Below are positions 28,186-42,072 of a DNA stretch of 64,000 bases, piece after piece. Position numbers and translations under genes: made by a program. This stretch comes from the human T2T-CHM13v2.0 reference genome, Homo sapiens. The first letter of the stretch is position 1, and every line of letters starts with the position of its first letter. The notes under the pieces were generated by a model, which worked only from the letters and a program-made list of their open reading frames with translations, was not told the origin of the DNA and did not search any database. The DNA lies in assembly GCF_009914755.1 (NCBI RefSeq), contig NC_060945.1; one strand, written 5' to 3'.

Positions 28186-28822
28186 GAGGCTGACTTTGAG
28201 CGCCTCGCTCACCGCCCGCCCGCAGCCGCGCTCCTCCCTCCGCCGCCGAGTCCGCCGCGGCCCAGTCCCTCCCCTCGCCGCCCCACGCCATTCAGCTCTT
28301 CAGCCAAGTTTCTTAACCCTTTTCTCCCCCTCCCTCCCATTGTCACCCGGTCAGGAGGAAGCCGCGCGGATCCGGGCGGCTCACAGGAGCTGCGGAACCC
28401 CCTCTGTTTCGTGGATTTCCTTCTCGCCTGCTCTCCGGGTGTCCCAGACGGGGCTGCAAGACCCGGAGGCAGCGAGAGGACCGCGTCCCCGAGAGAGGGG
28501 CTGCACGGCGCGCCCGGGCCGTCCCCCGGGCTCCCAGCTCTGTCCAGCCGCCCGCGACCGCTGCAGGCGCCTGGACAGCTCCTCCTGGGGACCGGGGAAA
28601 GCGCTCTTGGGACCCAGGCCGAATGCTCCCGTTTGGGCACAGCCTGGGGGCCGGGGCGCCCCAGACGCTCCAGGGTCCCCGCCTGCCTTAAGCGTCTACC
28701 TCCTCCCCTTCACCCCACAACACGCGCTCTCTGGGCCCCCTTTCACCCACCCACCCCCAATTTCTATCTCCTTGTAATCTGTGTGTCCTGCTTTAATGTT
28801 GGGGGGCACGGGCGCGAACTCT

Positions 28823-28837
28823 GGGTCACTTTGACCC
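28823..28837. promoter_or_regulatory. Consensus oestrogen response element (ERE)
   Basis: GGGTCA-ctt-TGACCC, a perfect 15-bp IR3 palindrome ~640 bp upstream of exon 1; NRIP1 is an established oestrogen-induced gene. Confidence 0.9.
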
Positions 28838-31800
28838 CACGCCCAGCACGTAGTAGGCGCCCAGCACTCGTGTGGAGCGACTCTGGGAGGAAAACTAGGA
28901 AGGAGACCTGAGGAGCGCCCCGCTCAGCTCCCTGGACAGACGTAGGACCCAGGAGCAGGGTTAATCCTCGGCTGCTTTGTCACTGCGAAGTCTCCAGCGG
29001 AGTCTGTCAGCCAATCTGCATCATCCCCGGGAAGGATCTGACCCAACAAGACAAGGGAAAAGGAGCAGGGCTGCTACTTCTTCAGCAGCTCTCCTCGGTT
29101 CGGTCTCCGAATAAGAAATAACAATTACATCACGAGGCCGGGGCGGCAGCGCGGTGGAGCCTCTCGGTTTCCTGCAGCCTAATCTCACTGAACCCGCCTC
29201 TAAATTGGGGGGGCCACAGATTGGTGAAACGAGAAAGTGGAAGGAGGAGAGAGTCATACGAAACCATAATTTCCCCTTATCCTTGTATTTGCTGTTTGAA
29301 AAATCGTATCCTCAACGCTCCCCAGACATCTCACTAGAACTATTAACACCCCCTCAACACCTCCCCAGATGTCAGGTTTCTTTTTGACTTGAGCATCTAG
29401 CATTTAGTAATTCGCCATGAAAAAAATTACCAGGGGAAGCGAGTGTTGTTGCTGAAATTGTTTTTGCTTGACACAAAAAAGCTAAAGTACAGCTTAGTCT
29501 CACCCGAAATTCTGAAACGGCATGCCCGTGTTAAAACACTTATTACATAAGACAAATGAGCCGATGAGGCACTCCATTCTTATATGTAGGTTTTCATATC
29601 CTGAAGAATTTGATAGCATTTGGAAATGAAGTTGCTAATGAGCTTAAAAAACAAGAACTATCCAAGTCATGAAACTGTATTCTGTGCCTGTTATGTAATG
29701 GCTGTATTGTGTATTGCAAATTTCACTTAACCTTTAAACAATATGAATGAGAGTTTTAGAATACTGTCACAGTCTTGAAAGTGAAAGCAATTTTTCAAAT
29801 TAATGCTTAATAAATTCAGCACCCAGCACAGTGCCGGGCACATAGTGCCAATGTTTTCCTTAGTGGCAATGGCACATTTTAAAACAATTATTTTTCATCA
29901 CCCTAGTGATTGAACTATGCAATCTGTTGCCATTTTATATAGTTAAACCTCATATAATATAATACCATATTATTTGCATATACCACAATTCAAAATCTGC
30001 TCTAGGCAAAATAAAGTCTGCTGTTTTTTAGTGCATCATTTATTCAGAATTGATACAAAGCAAACCGTTTCAATTCAATGATGACCAGCATAATTGGAGC
30101 TTGGCCCTTAGTGGGGGGTCAAACTTTTTTTATGAAAATTATTTTTAACCATTATACAAAGATTTTTCTACAATGTATTGCAAATGTTTCTCTTAAGCAG
30201 TTTGTTGAACGTCATTTAGCATTTTCTTGATAATTCAATGTTAATTTTATTAAAAGTAATTATTGTAGTAGGTTGTAGCGGATTCAGTAAATATATCCAG
30301 TTCCTATTCTATATTCTTTCTAGGTGTTAGGAATGCTCCCAGGAGGTACAAAAGCTATCAGTCGCTGCACCGAAGGACTCTAGGATGCTATGACTTAGTG
30401 ATTATCTCTGCCTTTTGTAATTTCTCTCTCTCCCCCTTCACTAACTGACAATCTATTGTCCTTACTGTTACTAGCATAGCTGCCACTAACATTCTCCTCA
30501 TCTTCTGATTGGTAACTTCCAGTCTAGTGCGGACTGGGAATCCAGATAGCCTCACTTGTCACAATTCTGTCTAAAGTAAACTTAATAGGTTCTGGGTAAG
30601 GGACTAATGGGCTCACCAAGGAGTAGGGCGCACACACACCTTAGTGCATAGACTTTGGGAAAGATATTTGGACTACTCAAGTCTATCTTTTAAATACATT
30701 CCTCTTACTTCTTAACCAGGTTTTGGACCATGGAGATTGCCCAGCAGGCCGAGAATATTCCAGCCCTCCAACATTGTTGTTAAAAAGTCCACTGCTGTAT
30801 GTTAGGTGACTTCCCAAAGCTGCTCACTTCTTCTTCTTATTCTGTTTTCTCAACCCCACAAAAAATCCAATCACTGAAATCCTGAACTCTTTTGATAGTG
30901 GCATGAGTGTTAAGTAAATTGCACACCTCTTGTGGAATTCATTTTCACTTAATCATGCTAATTATGTGGAGACTTGTTTGTTGTTGTTCTTTGTTTTTTT
31001 AAGTAAATCAATACCTAAATTTCCTGGCTAACAGAGTCATTGCAAGGATACTAGGGCATTATATGTAATATAAGAATGCCTATTTGGTAATTTGTACTTT
31101 GAAGTCAAGTCTCATTTGAATCATTTGTGATGTGAAAACAATGCTGTTGGGTTTATATACTTAAACACCTAATTATTGTTTTACGTCCAGGGTTCCTGTG
31201 GGATCACATGCCTTTAGTTCAGTCTCAGTATACCTCTCCGCCACAAAGATGTAGTCTGGGTGTGTTCTCTAGCCTTTGGTTCTGTAGCCTTTGGTGTGTT
31301 CTCTAAATCTCTCCTCTATAGCATTTTCAAAAACCGTTTTGTTAGTGGGTTTTTGCTTGTCCGTATCCCACTGTAGAATGCAAGCAGTACAGGCACAGGG
31401 TCCATATCCCTCTCATTCACATTTGGGGACTTCCAGCTACCCATCCCTGTGCCCAGCAGACAACAGACATTCAGTAGATATTGGCCAACATACTGTCATA
31501 CCCCAGAGGACAGAATGTATCTTTCTCTTGGGGTCCTGGCTGTGATGTAAGGGAGTTCAGAGAACATTTTGCAGAGAAAATAATGCTTCCGCTGGCCATT
31601 AAAAGGTTAAAAGAATTAGCCATGTAGGCAAAGTGGGAAAAGGGGTTCTCAGGAGAGGACATAGACTGTTCAACAGTAGAGAGGTATGAGAAGACAAAAA
31701 TATGCACTGAGAAGTATTGAGCCCATATTTACACTATGGAGTGAACTATGACACCTGAGTAGGGAGAAATATGTGTAATATAATAGATCACAGACAAATG

Positions 31801-31849
31801 GAACCCCACTGCAGTTACCTTATTAGTCACAGTCCCTTAGCCTCTGGAG

Positions 31850-32169
31850 CAGCACTGACCAATAAAAACATAAAGTGAACCACAAATGTGAGCCACATAA
31901 GGAATGTTAAATTTTCTGGTAGTTATATTCAAAAGTACAGAGGAACAGGTAAAATTAATTATAATAATGCACTTTAACCCAATACATCAAAAATTACCAT
32001 TTCATGTCTATACAACATACAGAATTATTAATTAGATATTTTACAATCTTTTACAGTCTTTAAAATCCAGTGTGTCTTTTACATTTATAGCACATCTTCA
32101 TTTGGACTAGTCTTATTCCAGGGCTCAACAGCCACATGTGGCTAACAACTACCCTATCAGGTAGTGCAG
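31850..32169 (-). mobile_element. MER33 (hAT-Charlie MITE), second copy in opposite orientation
   Basis: cagcactgaccaata...agccacatgtggcta...gtgcag; degenerate 8-bp TSD ctctggag/ctccagag; reverse-complement similarity to 3259-3584. Confidence 0.8.
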
Positions 32170-33490
32170 CTCCAGAGAATGTAGGAAATATTTAATAATA
32201 TAGTTTAAGAAAAGTTTCTTAAGAGGAAAATCTAAATCTTGTTAACTCTAAAAGCTTATGCCGATTATTAGTGTTGAATTATGCTAGGTTATAAAGACCA
32301 CCTTCTTGTGTTTAGACTTTTACGCCAATTTAGAGAATCAGCAAAGTTTGCATTTTATGTACTGTGTCTTCATTAACGATGCTGTAGTTACAACTACTTC
32401 TATCTCTATTAACTATGGTGGTGGACTGTAAATGTAAACTGTCTTTATGGCAGAAATAAAACGCTATAGATTTGGGGTTGACTAAGCTTTAAAAAAAATT
32501 CTCTCTACAGTATGAAGCTATCTCTTCTATGCAGTTACTGCCAAGCATCTTCCTAGCTGTAGAAGTCCAGGATTTTGCTCTCTAATTCTTTTATGCCCAG
32601 TTACTTGTAGATGACAAAAACCACCCTGACCTTTGTTTGAGGCAGTCGCCTACCTGAAGCTGCAGTAAGGATTTGCTGCAGCTCCCTGAGTACCAAGAAA
32701 GGTCTAAAGAGCTGACTTGAAGATGCTTAGACACCCTCTCTGCAGGTTACTGTGCAGCTTTCCCTAATGAGATTGGAGCCCTTTTGGTTTCATTGGGATT
32801 TGAGTGTGGAAGACTGGCAAATCCAGGGCACTCATTTTCTACACTAAAATGAATCTTGAAAACTGTATCTTTTTAAAAAAAGTCTGAGAATGATTGTGTA
32901 CAAGTAGCCAAACCTGTGCAAGGAAAAGGCAGATACTTTAATGAAATGCATATGTGGTTGATGCCGTCTCATTCCTTCTCAAAACAAGAAAATGTCTAGT
33001 ATAGTTACAGGGTTAGAAAAACCAAGAAGTCCCAACGAAGCAAGGAAAACCTGTCAGTTTTAATAATGTGTCAGTTTGATATGTCTAAATGATTGAGAGT
33101 AAATATCACATGAAATCTTTCCTTTTATGTAGAAATGGCGTATGCAGCTCTCATTAGGCAGTCCTGTCGTAAATGCATATGAAAGTTTCCTTTAAGGGAT
33201 TTCACAAACATAGGACCATGTTATGAATCAATTCAGTAAAAACATGATCCTATTATTTTTAGAGATATATTTAGATAGACTTCAACTAAAGAAAAGTGAA
33301 GAACACATCTGTTTTTCCAAATAATTCAGGGTTCTAAAGGGAAGAAAGATACAAAGAAAGCATGATGTATGCTTACTATTTGTATAATTGTTTGGCTCTC
33401 AAAAGAAGACATAGACACTGACCTATCTGTTTTAGATTAGTTTAAGAAACATGAAAATCTCGTGTAATTTTTCTTTTCACAAAGAATTTG

Positions 33491-33492
<2 letters not shown>

Positions 33493-33520
<28 letters not shown>
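33493..33520 (+). repeat. (CA)14
   Basis: Direct read. Confidence 0.95.
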
Positions 33521-33522
<2 letters not shown>

Positions 33523-34162
33523 TGCATGCAATTCAATGGTGGAAAGAATCATCTTTTCAACACATGGTGCTATGATATCTACATGCAGAAGAATGAAATT
33601 GGACTCCTTCACATCATATACAAAAATTTACTCAAAATGAAATGTAGACCTAAATGTAAGAACTAAACTATTAAACTCTTAGAAGAATATATTGCAGTAA
33701 ATCCTTGTGACCTCTGTTAGGCAAAACCTTCTTAGCTATGACACTGAAAGCATGAATAACAAAAAATAGATAAATTGTACTGAAGTCAAATTTAAAATCT
33801 TGTGTGTTTCAATGGATACCATCAAGAAAATGAAAAGATAACCCATAGAATAGGAGAAAATATTTGCAAATCATATATCAGGTAAGGGACCCATATCTAG
33901 ACTATATAAAAAACTCTTACAACTCAATAATAAAAAGGCAAATACCCAGTTTTTAAAATGAGCAAAGTGTCTGCATAGACATTTCTCCGAAGAAGATGTA
34001 CATCAAGCACATGAAAAGTTACTCCATAGGATTAGCCATTAGGGAAGTGCAAATCAAAATCACAGTGTGATGCTACTTCACACTCAAGGCAAATGACTAT
34101 AATAGAAAAAAAAAAGATGAAAACAAGTGTTGGTGAGCATGTAGAGTCATTGGAACACTCAA
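33523..34162 (+). mobile_element. Old L1 (L1MB/MC-type) ORF2 3' fragment
   Basis: cttttcaacacatggtgct, caaaaatttactcaaaatg...agacctaaatgtaaga, ggagaaaatatttgcaaatcatatatc, attagggaagtgcaaatcaaaa; no open frame. Confidence 0.85.
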
Positions 34163-34681
34163 TTGTTATTCCTTATTGATGCATAGCAAATCGCTTCAAA
34201 ATTTAGTGGCTTAAAACAAGAAACACTTATTATCTCATAGTTTCTGGGGGCAAAGAATGCAGGAACAGCCTAGCTGGATGGTTCTGACACAAGGTCTCTC
34301 ATGTGGCTGCAGTCAGGGTGTTGGCAGGGCCTGTGGTCATGCGAGGCTTGCCTAGGTCTGGAGGATCGAATTGCAAGAAGGCACCCTCACATGGTTGTTG
34401 ACAGGAGGCCTCAGATTCCTGCCACATGGGCCTCTCCTCAGGCTGCTTGAGTATCCTCATGATGTGGCAGCTAACTTCCACTAGAGCAAGCCGTCCAAGA
34501 AAGGGCGAGAGCGAAGCCACAGTGTCCTTTCTGACCCGGTCTCCTAATTCACACATGGTTACTTCCATTTTATTCTATTAATTAGAAGTGAGTCCCTAAG
34601 TTCATTCCACACTCAAAATGGAAAGTCATCTTGAAGGGAGGAGTAGCAAATAATTTGTGAACAGATTTTAAAACCACCACA
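34163..34681 (-). mobile_element. MLT1F/G-like MaLR LTR
   Basis: aaaatttagtggcttaaaacaa...ttattatctcatagtttctg, ggaggcctcag..cctgccacatgggcctctcc, ending ttttaaaaccaccaca. Confidence 0.75.
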
Positions 34682-34699
34682 GCACGCAATTCACATTTT

Positions 34700-36600
34700 T
34701 GCCTGTGGTCTGCCTCTTTGGTTTCCTAAACCAACTTGCATGTCCTTGTTTCCATACACTGAACAGGCTCACTGCCTCCCTCAAGGGAACAAGACTTAAG
34801 CGTCTTCTGGTTACTGCATCAAATCTATTGCTTAAGAATTCTGGGTGATATGCAGCACTCCCAGGATGCCCCGATGAGGCCCCTTGAAGGCTGGTAAACG
34901 GGCGTGCTTTCAGCCATAGCACATTTACATTTTCAACCATGAAGAAGGAACAAGATCATTGCAATAAATCTGTCCATTTGGAAAAGGAAGAATGAGGAAC
35001 ACACATTGGTCACCGTTCCATAGTAATTATCAAAACCTACTAAGCAGGAGTAGCCAGGACTCCTTTCCTTGGCAATACAGGAAGTTCCTTGATTGACCAA
35101 CCTGGTAGCCTCTGATTCTTTCTCCTGAATGTTCTCCCTCGTGCCTTGCCCTCTGCTGTTCCTGGATCTGCCTTTGAAGTTTCACATTTGACAGTTTTCC
35201 TCAACAAATGTATCTGAGACAGACACGGGGGAGGTTGTCCTTCTTGGAGACCTCTTGGATTTTGAAATATTTCAGCACAGGGATTATTTTAAAGTTTTAA
35301 CAATGAGATTATTGCAAACCAAGTTGGGGATTTCTTTGGGATGTTAATTTCTTCAGACACTTAGCAGGCTTGATTTGTTTCCATTCCATTCCATGTACAG
35401 GTTACCATAGCCAAAAGTCTTGCCCAGACATGGTTTTCAAGGCTGCAGATTCTCAGTTTTTATTTACTGGGCTCTGTACTCTGCCCATCCCTCTGGCCCT
35501 TAAATTAATGGTGTCTACCTTGAGATCATCTGAAATAATAGCTTTAGGTGGGGAGGCAATACAATTTATCACCTCTTGCTAACAATATCACTGCTGCATT
35601 ATGACAAAGCACAAGTCTTACCTCCTGCTAAGCCAGCAGTTACATGGCCACAGCTTAAAACTTCTTCAATTTCAAGTACAGAGTAGATGACTTTTTCAAC
35701 ACTGCAAGGCCCATATCACTGGACTCTTCATCAGTTGTTAGCAAGTATCGGCAGAGAATGTCTCCCTTAGAAAATCTTTGCTTCCTTCCACCTCTGTTTT
35801 CAGAATGTTTGATTCTAGTCTGAGTTCACCTAACTCAAAAGACTTTACTGAAAATAGCAAAACTATACCACCACCTACAAACACTATGAATTTATCTTTT
35901 ATTTCCCTTAACATTATGGCCTCAGTCAGCAAAAAGTCTGCTTTTCAAGGTAAGCAGTTGGCAGCTTAACCAAATAGTTTGCTACCACATTAAAAACAGA
36001 GCCCTATCACACACTGCCCAAATCTTTCTGCTAAATCAGTGGTACTTGTACCATGCAGCATACCATTACTGGTACCTACTGGCCATGGTTCCTGGTTACA
36101 GAAACAAAATTTACTCTTGCTAGTTTAGGCAGAATGTGTGTGTGTGTGTGTGTGTGTGTGTTTTTATATAACAAAATAATTAACAACATTTCTTCTAGGA
36201 CCCAGAAACCAGGCTTGGATAATACATGAGAGAAACTTCCAGTTGCACAAAGGGACTGCCGTGTGGAAATTCCACTCACCTACCATCTGCCACATGGAAC
36301 CAATAAGGATACAGACTAAATACTAGAACCTTCATTAGAACTCTACAGAATAACCATACACTTCAACCAACCACTTTATTTGCCAAGCAGCCCTATAGAT
36401 TCTGCCTTACAATGTTCATATCCGGCTTCCATGTCTTATGTAGGTGCATTTTGTTGGTGGAGACCAGGTCACATGTGAAACCTTAGCTTCATCTGAGTCT
36501 GAGAAATGCCACATTCAGCCTTCCAGTAACCTGGAAAATATACTAGGAAGAGATTAGAGTAGTATTTAGTGTGTGTCATTCTACAGTATCTGGCACAGTG
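34700..36600 (-). mobile_element. Probable degraded MLT1 internal sequence followed by an older MLT1-type LTR (~36085-36600)
   Basis: Weak resemblance only (ccaggtcacatgtg...tgagtctgagaaatg is MLT1K/L-like); adjacent to an MLT1 LTR. Confidence 0.35.
36135..36160 (+). repeat. (TG)13
   Basis: Direct read. Confidence 0.95.
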
Positions 36601-37157
36601 GCCAAAGGTTTATTTTTGAGTTTTCATTATATTTTAACTGACATACTAAAATTTGAGGAAAGTCATGATGAAATATATAGTAAAATTAATAAATAGCATG
36701 AATTACATTGACTTACTATGTTTCCTTTTCTCTGTAGGATTCTTCTTGGTTTGAGCGTTTGTATTAGTCAGTTTTGGGTCGCTATAACAGAATACCTGAG
36801 GCTGGGTAATTTATAAAGAAAAGGTGTTTATTTAGCTCACAATTCTGTAGGCTGGGAAGTTTAAGGGCATGGCCCTGGCTTACGGAGAGGGCTTTCATGC
36901 TGCATTATAACATGGCAGAGGTCAAAGGAAAAGCAAAAACGTGTGAAGAGACAAAACCCGAGGAGCTTCTCACCTTTATAACAAAGCACTCTCTTGGGGA
37001 CTAATTCATTCCCAGGAGGACTAATCCAGTCCTACCAGAGGGAAAACTCACTACCAAAAGAATGGCACCAAGCTATTCAAGAGGGACTTGCTGCCATGAG
37101 CCATACATCTCCTATTAGGCCCTGCTTCCCAGCACCACTACACTGGGGATCAAATTT

Positions 37158-37585
<428 letters not shown>

Positions 37586-39439
37586 TGAATTTTGATAGGG
37601 ACAAACTTAAACCATATCTAAGCCATAGCAGCATTCTTGCTGTTGTAGTTTGTTTGGCCTACCTGTCTATTTTAAAGCCACTAATAGGATTCCAGAAATG
37701 TTTGATATATATCTCCATATGCAGATAAATCAATAACTGCTCAGTTCATCTCCACAATTTTTCATAGTCAGGTGCATGTCTTTGTTCCAGGCCCTTCCCT
37801 GGTGAAGACACAGAAGTGGAACATGGTTGTGGGGCAATAGTGAACAGTGAAGTATGGCAATAATTATGCCTGAGGATCAGAGCTCTTCAGTGGTGAGAGA
37901 AAAATATCAGCTGGAGCTAAAAGTGGCATGAAATTAAGGGAGCAGGAAAGGTCAAATATCCAGTAAGAGAGCAAAACCCAAGTTTCTGAAGCACGGGAAG
38001 TATTGTAGATTGTAAAATGAACAATAACTCACCCAATGATCATTAAATTTGGGTAAATTTTGCATTAATTGTATTTCACTGTATTCTAGTTCTTGGAAAG
38101 CAGGCTAACACTGTTAACTGGTATATCATATATTGATTTTGTTGGGATACAAAAAATGTGCTTACTCTTGGATAAGTAGATAAAACACTTTTGGTTGTAA
38201 GGAAGAGCGACTTATGCCAATTAACTTGAGAGAAAAGGAACTTCTAATTCATAAAATCCAAGGAAGTGCTGTCCCATCAATCCTCAGGAGACCATAGCTC
38301 TTCATCCTGGTGCTCCACCAATAATGTGCCTTTTTTCTCCCCTTATTCAGTCCCTATTGGTCCAATTCTCCAAAGAGAAAATTTGATTGACTTTTGGCCA
38401 GCCAGTGGACTACTTCTTTTATGGTCAGGTGTCCAGCCCTTGTCTAACCAGTGATACTGAATGGAGGTGAGGGCAAGTTCACTTAATTCAAAGGATTGAC
38501 ATTCCCAAGCCTGTGAATAGGGCTGGTAAAACTAGCAGGGTAAGACGAGTGTGGTAGATCAATAAACTAATGACTCCAGTACAGTTATTATCTTTTACAC
38601 CACATAAATTAAGACTTGTAATATTGTAACAGCATCATTAATCTTATTTACAAACCGCTTGCAAATTAATGCTTGTGATTCTTATATACAAAATACATTA
38701 AACATATTCATTCTTTCACTAATTATTTACTGGTGCCTACAAGTACCCTGTGGCACAGTGTATCAAGTTCTCTTGATGCCAAATGAACAAACCATGGATA
38801 CATTCTTTGAGGCACCACAGGAGGAGACAGCTAATATTTACTGTGATGTATTTTTTAATACAGGCATAAAGATGAATATTATGGGGAAATGAGGCATTGG
38901 TTCATATATGGGGGATTGAAGGGAAGGTTCCTTCCTTCAAGGAAATGATTTTTGAACTAGATCATGAATGATGAATTTACCAGTGTGCTTTTTTCTTATG
39001 GTCATTGCTGATTAGTGTTTATATACTTACTATAACATCTTATTATCAAGTCATATTTTACAGGTGGTATTTCCCTTTCGGGAAGTTTTGTTGATTCTCA
39101 ATGTGTCAATATATAGAGCTAGAACTGTATTTTGTCAATTGAAAGTAAATTCAGATTCCCTCACATGGGGTAAAATTGTTTTATTTTTCTTTCTTCTTGT
39201 AATTTTCTTTCCCTTTTCATAGGCATTGAAAAATCGTTTTCTAATAACATAGCTTTCATGAACGTGAGAATTTTTCAGGTGTCTAGTAGTGGTGGTGATT
39301 GTCATTTCCATAGTCTCTTCCTTGGTATCAAGGCCAGCCTTAAATAATGTTGTGAAATGTGCCAACCATACCTTTGGTACCAATACATGCCCTTTCTCTA
39401 ACACACTTTTAGTGCAATGCCCAGTAACTGCATAATAAC

Positions 39440-39980
39440 ATTGTATATTTAGGGACCAAATCTTTTTCCTCTAATGCACCATCAATTGTTTCATGTACTG
39501 TTAAGAAAGAAGATTGGAACCAACCAAATAATGGCACAATGCTTTCTTATGACATAGAATTCTAATTTTATAACTATTGAAAGGGCCCTTTTAAACTTAT
39601 TTATACATAGATTTTTAATCCTCTATCACTCATATATATAAATAAAAGGACAATATAAGTGAATCACATTCTTTAAGATATTCCTAAACATGTTCACATT
39701 GAGCTTGTCCCACAAGAATCACTTTTTGACTTCATCATCAAGGTTTATTTTTAACAAAACGCAATTTACTCTTTTGTGCCATCAAGCAGTGTTGTTGATG
39801 CAGCATGCCTTAAAAGAGTGCTCCGCTACTATGTCTGTAAATTTTTTTCCAAGCTGCTGATCTCCACTGTACAGGCTTTGATGTAAATGCACTAGCAAAT
39901 GACACCCACAGACAGTGACACGAAGACACCTTCCCATTTCCGAGATGTTAAAATATCAAATGATGAATCAATGGCATATG
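39440..39980. mobile_element. TcMar-Tc2 (Kanga-like) non-autonomous DNA transposon remnant
   Basis: End motif cccatttccgagatgttaaaat...gaatcaatg. The minus strand gives frameshifted peptide bits SAAWKK..HSFKACCI...DG resembling the Tc2/pogo transposase C-terminus. Confidence 0.55.
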
Positions 39981-42050
39981 ACATACAATTAAAGAGATAT
40001 GACACTACTTGATAACTTCCAAAGTATTAGTGCAGACCTTATGTTTCTTTATCATTATCATAATGTAAGCCAAGTTAGGTAGTCATTGGTTCTTATTTCA
40101 CAGACAAAGTACTGGATGTCCTCCAAATTAAGTAATCTGCTCCCAATGACACAAAGAAAACAAATAGTAGATTTGGTACTATGCTTGATAGTACTGGCAT
40201 ATTTTATTTATAATCCAAGGCTTTTTCCACCAATTCATGCTATTTCTGCCATAAAAGTAATGCACACTAACCAATTGCACCCTTGGGGCACCCCAATTTA
40301 TACTATTTCCCATCATATTTCTTAGATATTCATAAACCTACACTGCAACTCTCAATCTCTCTACCTGTCACTTATCCTTGCTGATTGAAAAATTTAATCC
40401 AACAGTTCACAAACTATGTCCCCCAAAATACTGTTGTTTCAAGATTTTCTGTTTTTAAATCAAGTAACAGTCATCTTTTCTCAATTTGCAGGAAAAATTC
40501 AACTATCAAATGGTCTTCTAAATCAAAATTTTTCCATATTTTTTGTTTAGTCCTAGTTTCTGCTATCATTTGATGATAATAGAATCTTGTTTCATATGAT
40601 ATTGAATTTACACAAAACATGATCATTTTTCATTTACCACAGCAACATTTCAAGGTATTATAAAAAATTTTCCACAAATGTTACATTTCTTGAACAAATA
40701 TGAAAACCTTTGATTTTATTCATTCTTCTGGAAGCCTGCTGTCTTCCAGATACACAGATACACTAATGGTTCAAATACACGGATCTGTGCTATTTAATTG
40801 GCAAGTTACTTTGTCAGACTCCTCAGAAGAGTCCTTAGAAAATTCATACAGAGTGAATTGAAGATTGGGAATTTGAGACACTTCATAAGACAAAGGAGTC
40901 ATTTTTTGCCAGTCAGCCTTTTTCAAATTTCTTTAATTACATAATGTGAACAAGATATTCTAATTTCAGGACAGCCTTACCTGTGACCAACACTTTTTCC
41001 AGCTAATTTTTGGGGGAGTAGGTCAATCCTGCATCAAAGAATCAAATTTACAGCTTCTTTCTACCCAGGAAAGAGCTGATGCACTTAATTAATCTTTCCA
41101 GGAAGCCAGGCTGACGCTCATTATTTCAACGCGTTGTATGCTTAAAGCATGTATAATTTAATCCTGTTTGAAAGATAAGTGAAAGAGAATTGACATAAAA
41201 TAGCAAGAAAGCTCTGAAGTGAACTGAGCTATATAATTTGGGCATAAGCATTCTTAATATCACCTTTAAAAGAACTTGAAATATATTTGATGGTGGGAGA
41301 AATTTTAGTATAGATTTGAAAACTATCAAACAGCATCTGTTGCCTTCTCCATTTTGATTAAAACATGCTCACAGGGAAAATAGTGGTTTGTCTGTTAAGT
41401 CAAACACTAATGAAACATTTGCTAAAATAATCTCTTTAATTTGGACAACATTTGGCAATAAAGTGCACTCATTGGATCATTTGCCTGTATTCTGAGGCTT
41501 CCGAGTTAACTGAGCACAGCTAAGTCTAATATGGTAATGGGCTCTTTGTTAAAACCTGGACATATGCATTTCTCATGCTTGGTTGTGTTCTCCTCTGGTG
41601 AAGAGAGATAAGAAACGTTATTTTGATGGCATTAAAGGTTTCTCATTGACATATCTAAATACCATGAGCCTGAACTGTCTCATTTCATCATGTCTCATTT
41701 CTGTATATCTTTTGAATCAAAGGCACTATGGCCATAAGGCTCAGGTGAGGAATGAGGATTAGTGGTATTAGTCAAGTCACCAGAAACAGAGTTAGTAATT
41801 AATCTATAAAAACTGTAGAAATGCTTTTTGATTAGCCTATGGGAGTTCATGTGAAACATAATATTGCTGGCATGTGAAACAAAATAAATCCAGCAGGTAA
41901 TATCAGTAGAAAATAGAAATAACTTATCACGACATACTATTGTTTTATAGAAATTAGACTAAGTGTTTTCAAATTCAAATTGGTTCTTGTTTCTAAATTA
42001 CTGTTTTAAATTTTATGTACGTGTATGTTTGCAAATATATGTATACAATA

Positions 42051-42072
42051 CACACACACACACACACACACA
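42051..42072 (+). repeat. (CA)11
   Basis: Direct read. Confidence 0.95.

Larger units (their letters stand above)
27280..29170. promoter_or_regulatory. CpG island / TATA-less GC-rich promoter
   Basis: Abrupt switch from AT-rich, CpG-depleted DNA to very GC- and CpG-rich DNA with many GC-box-like motifs; spans exon 1. Edges approximate. Confidence 0.95.

Noticed and set aside
27366-28911. Long overlapping ORFs in the CpG island (451, 275, 166, 157, 143 and 135 aa)
   Set aside because: They occur on both strands in several frames, are Pro/Arg/Gly/Ala low-complexity with no recognisable domain, and mostly lack ATG starts. This is expected from stop-codon depletion in very GC-rich DNA.
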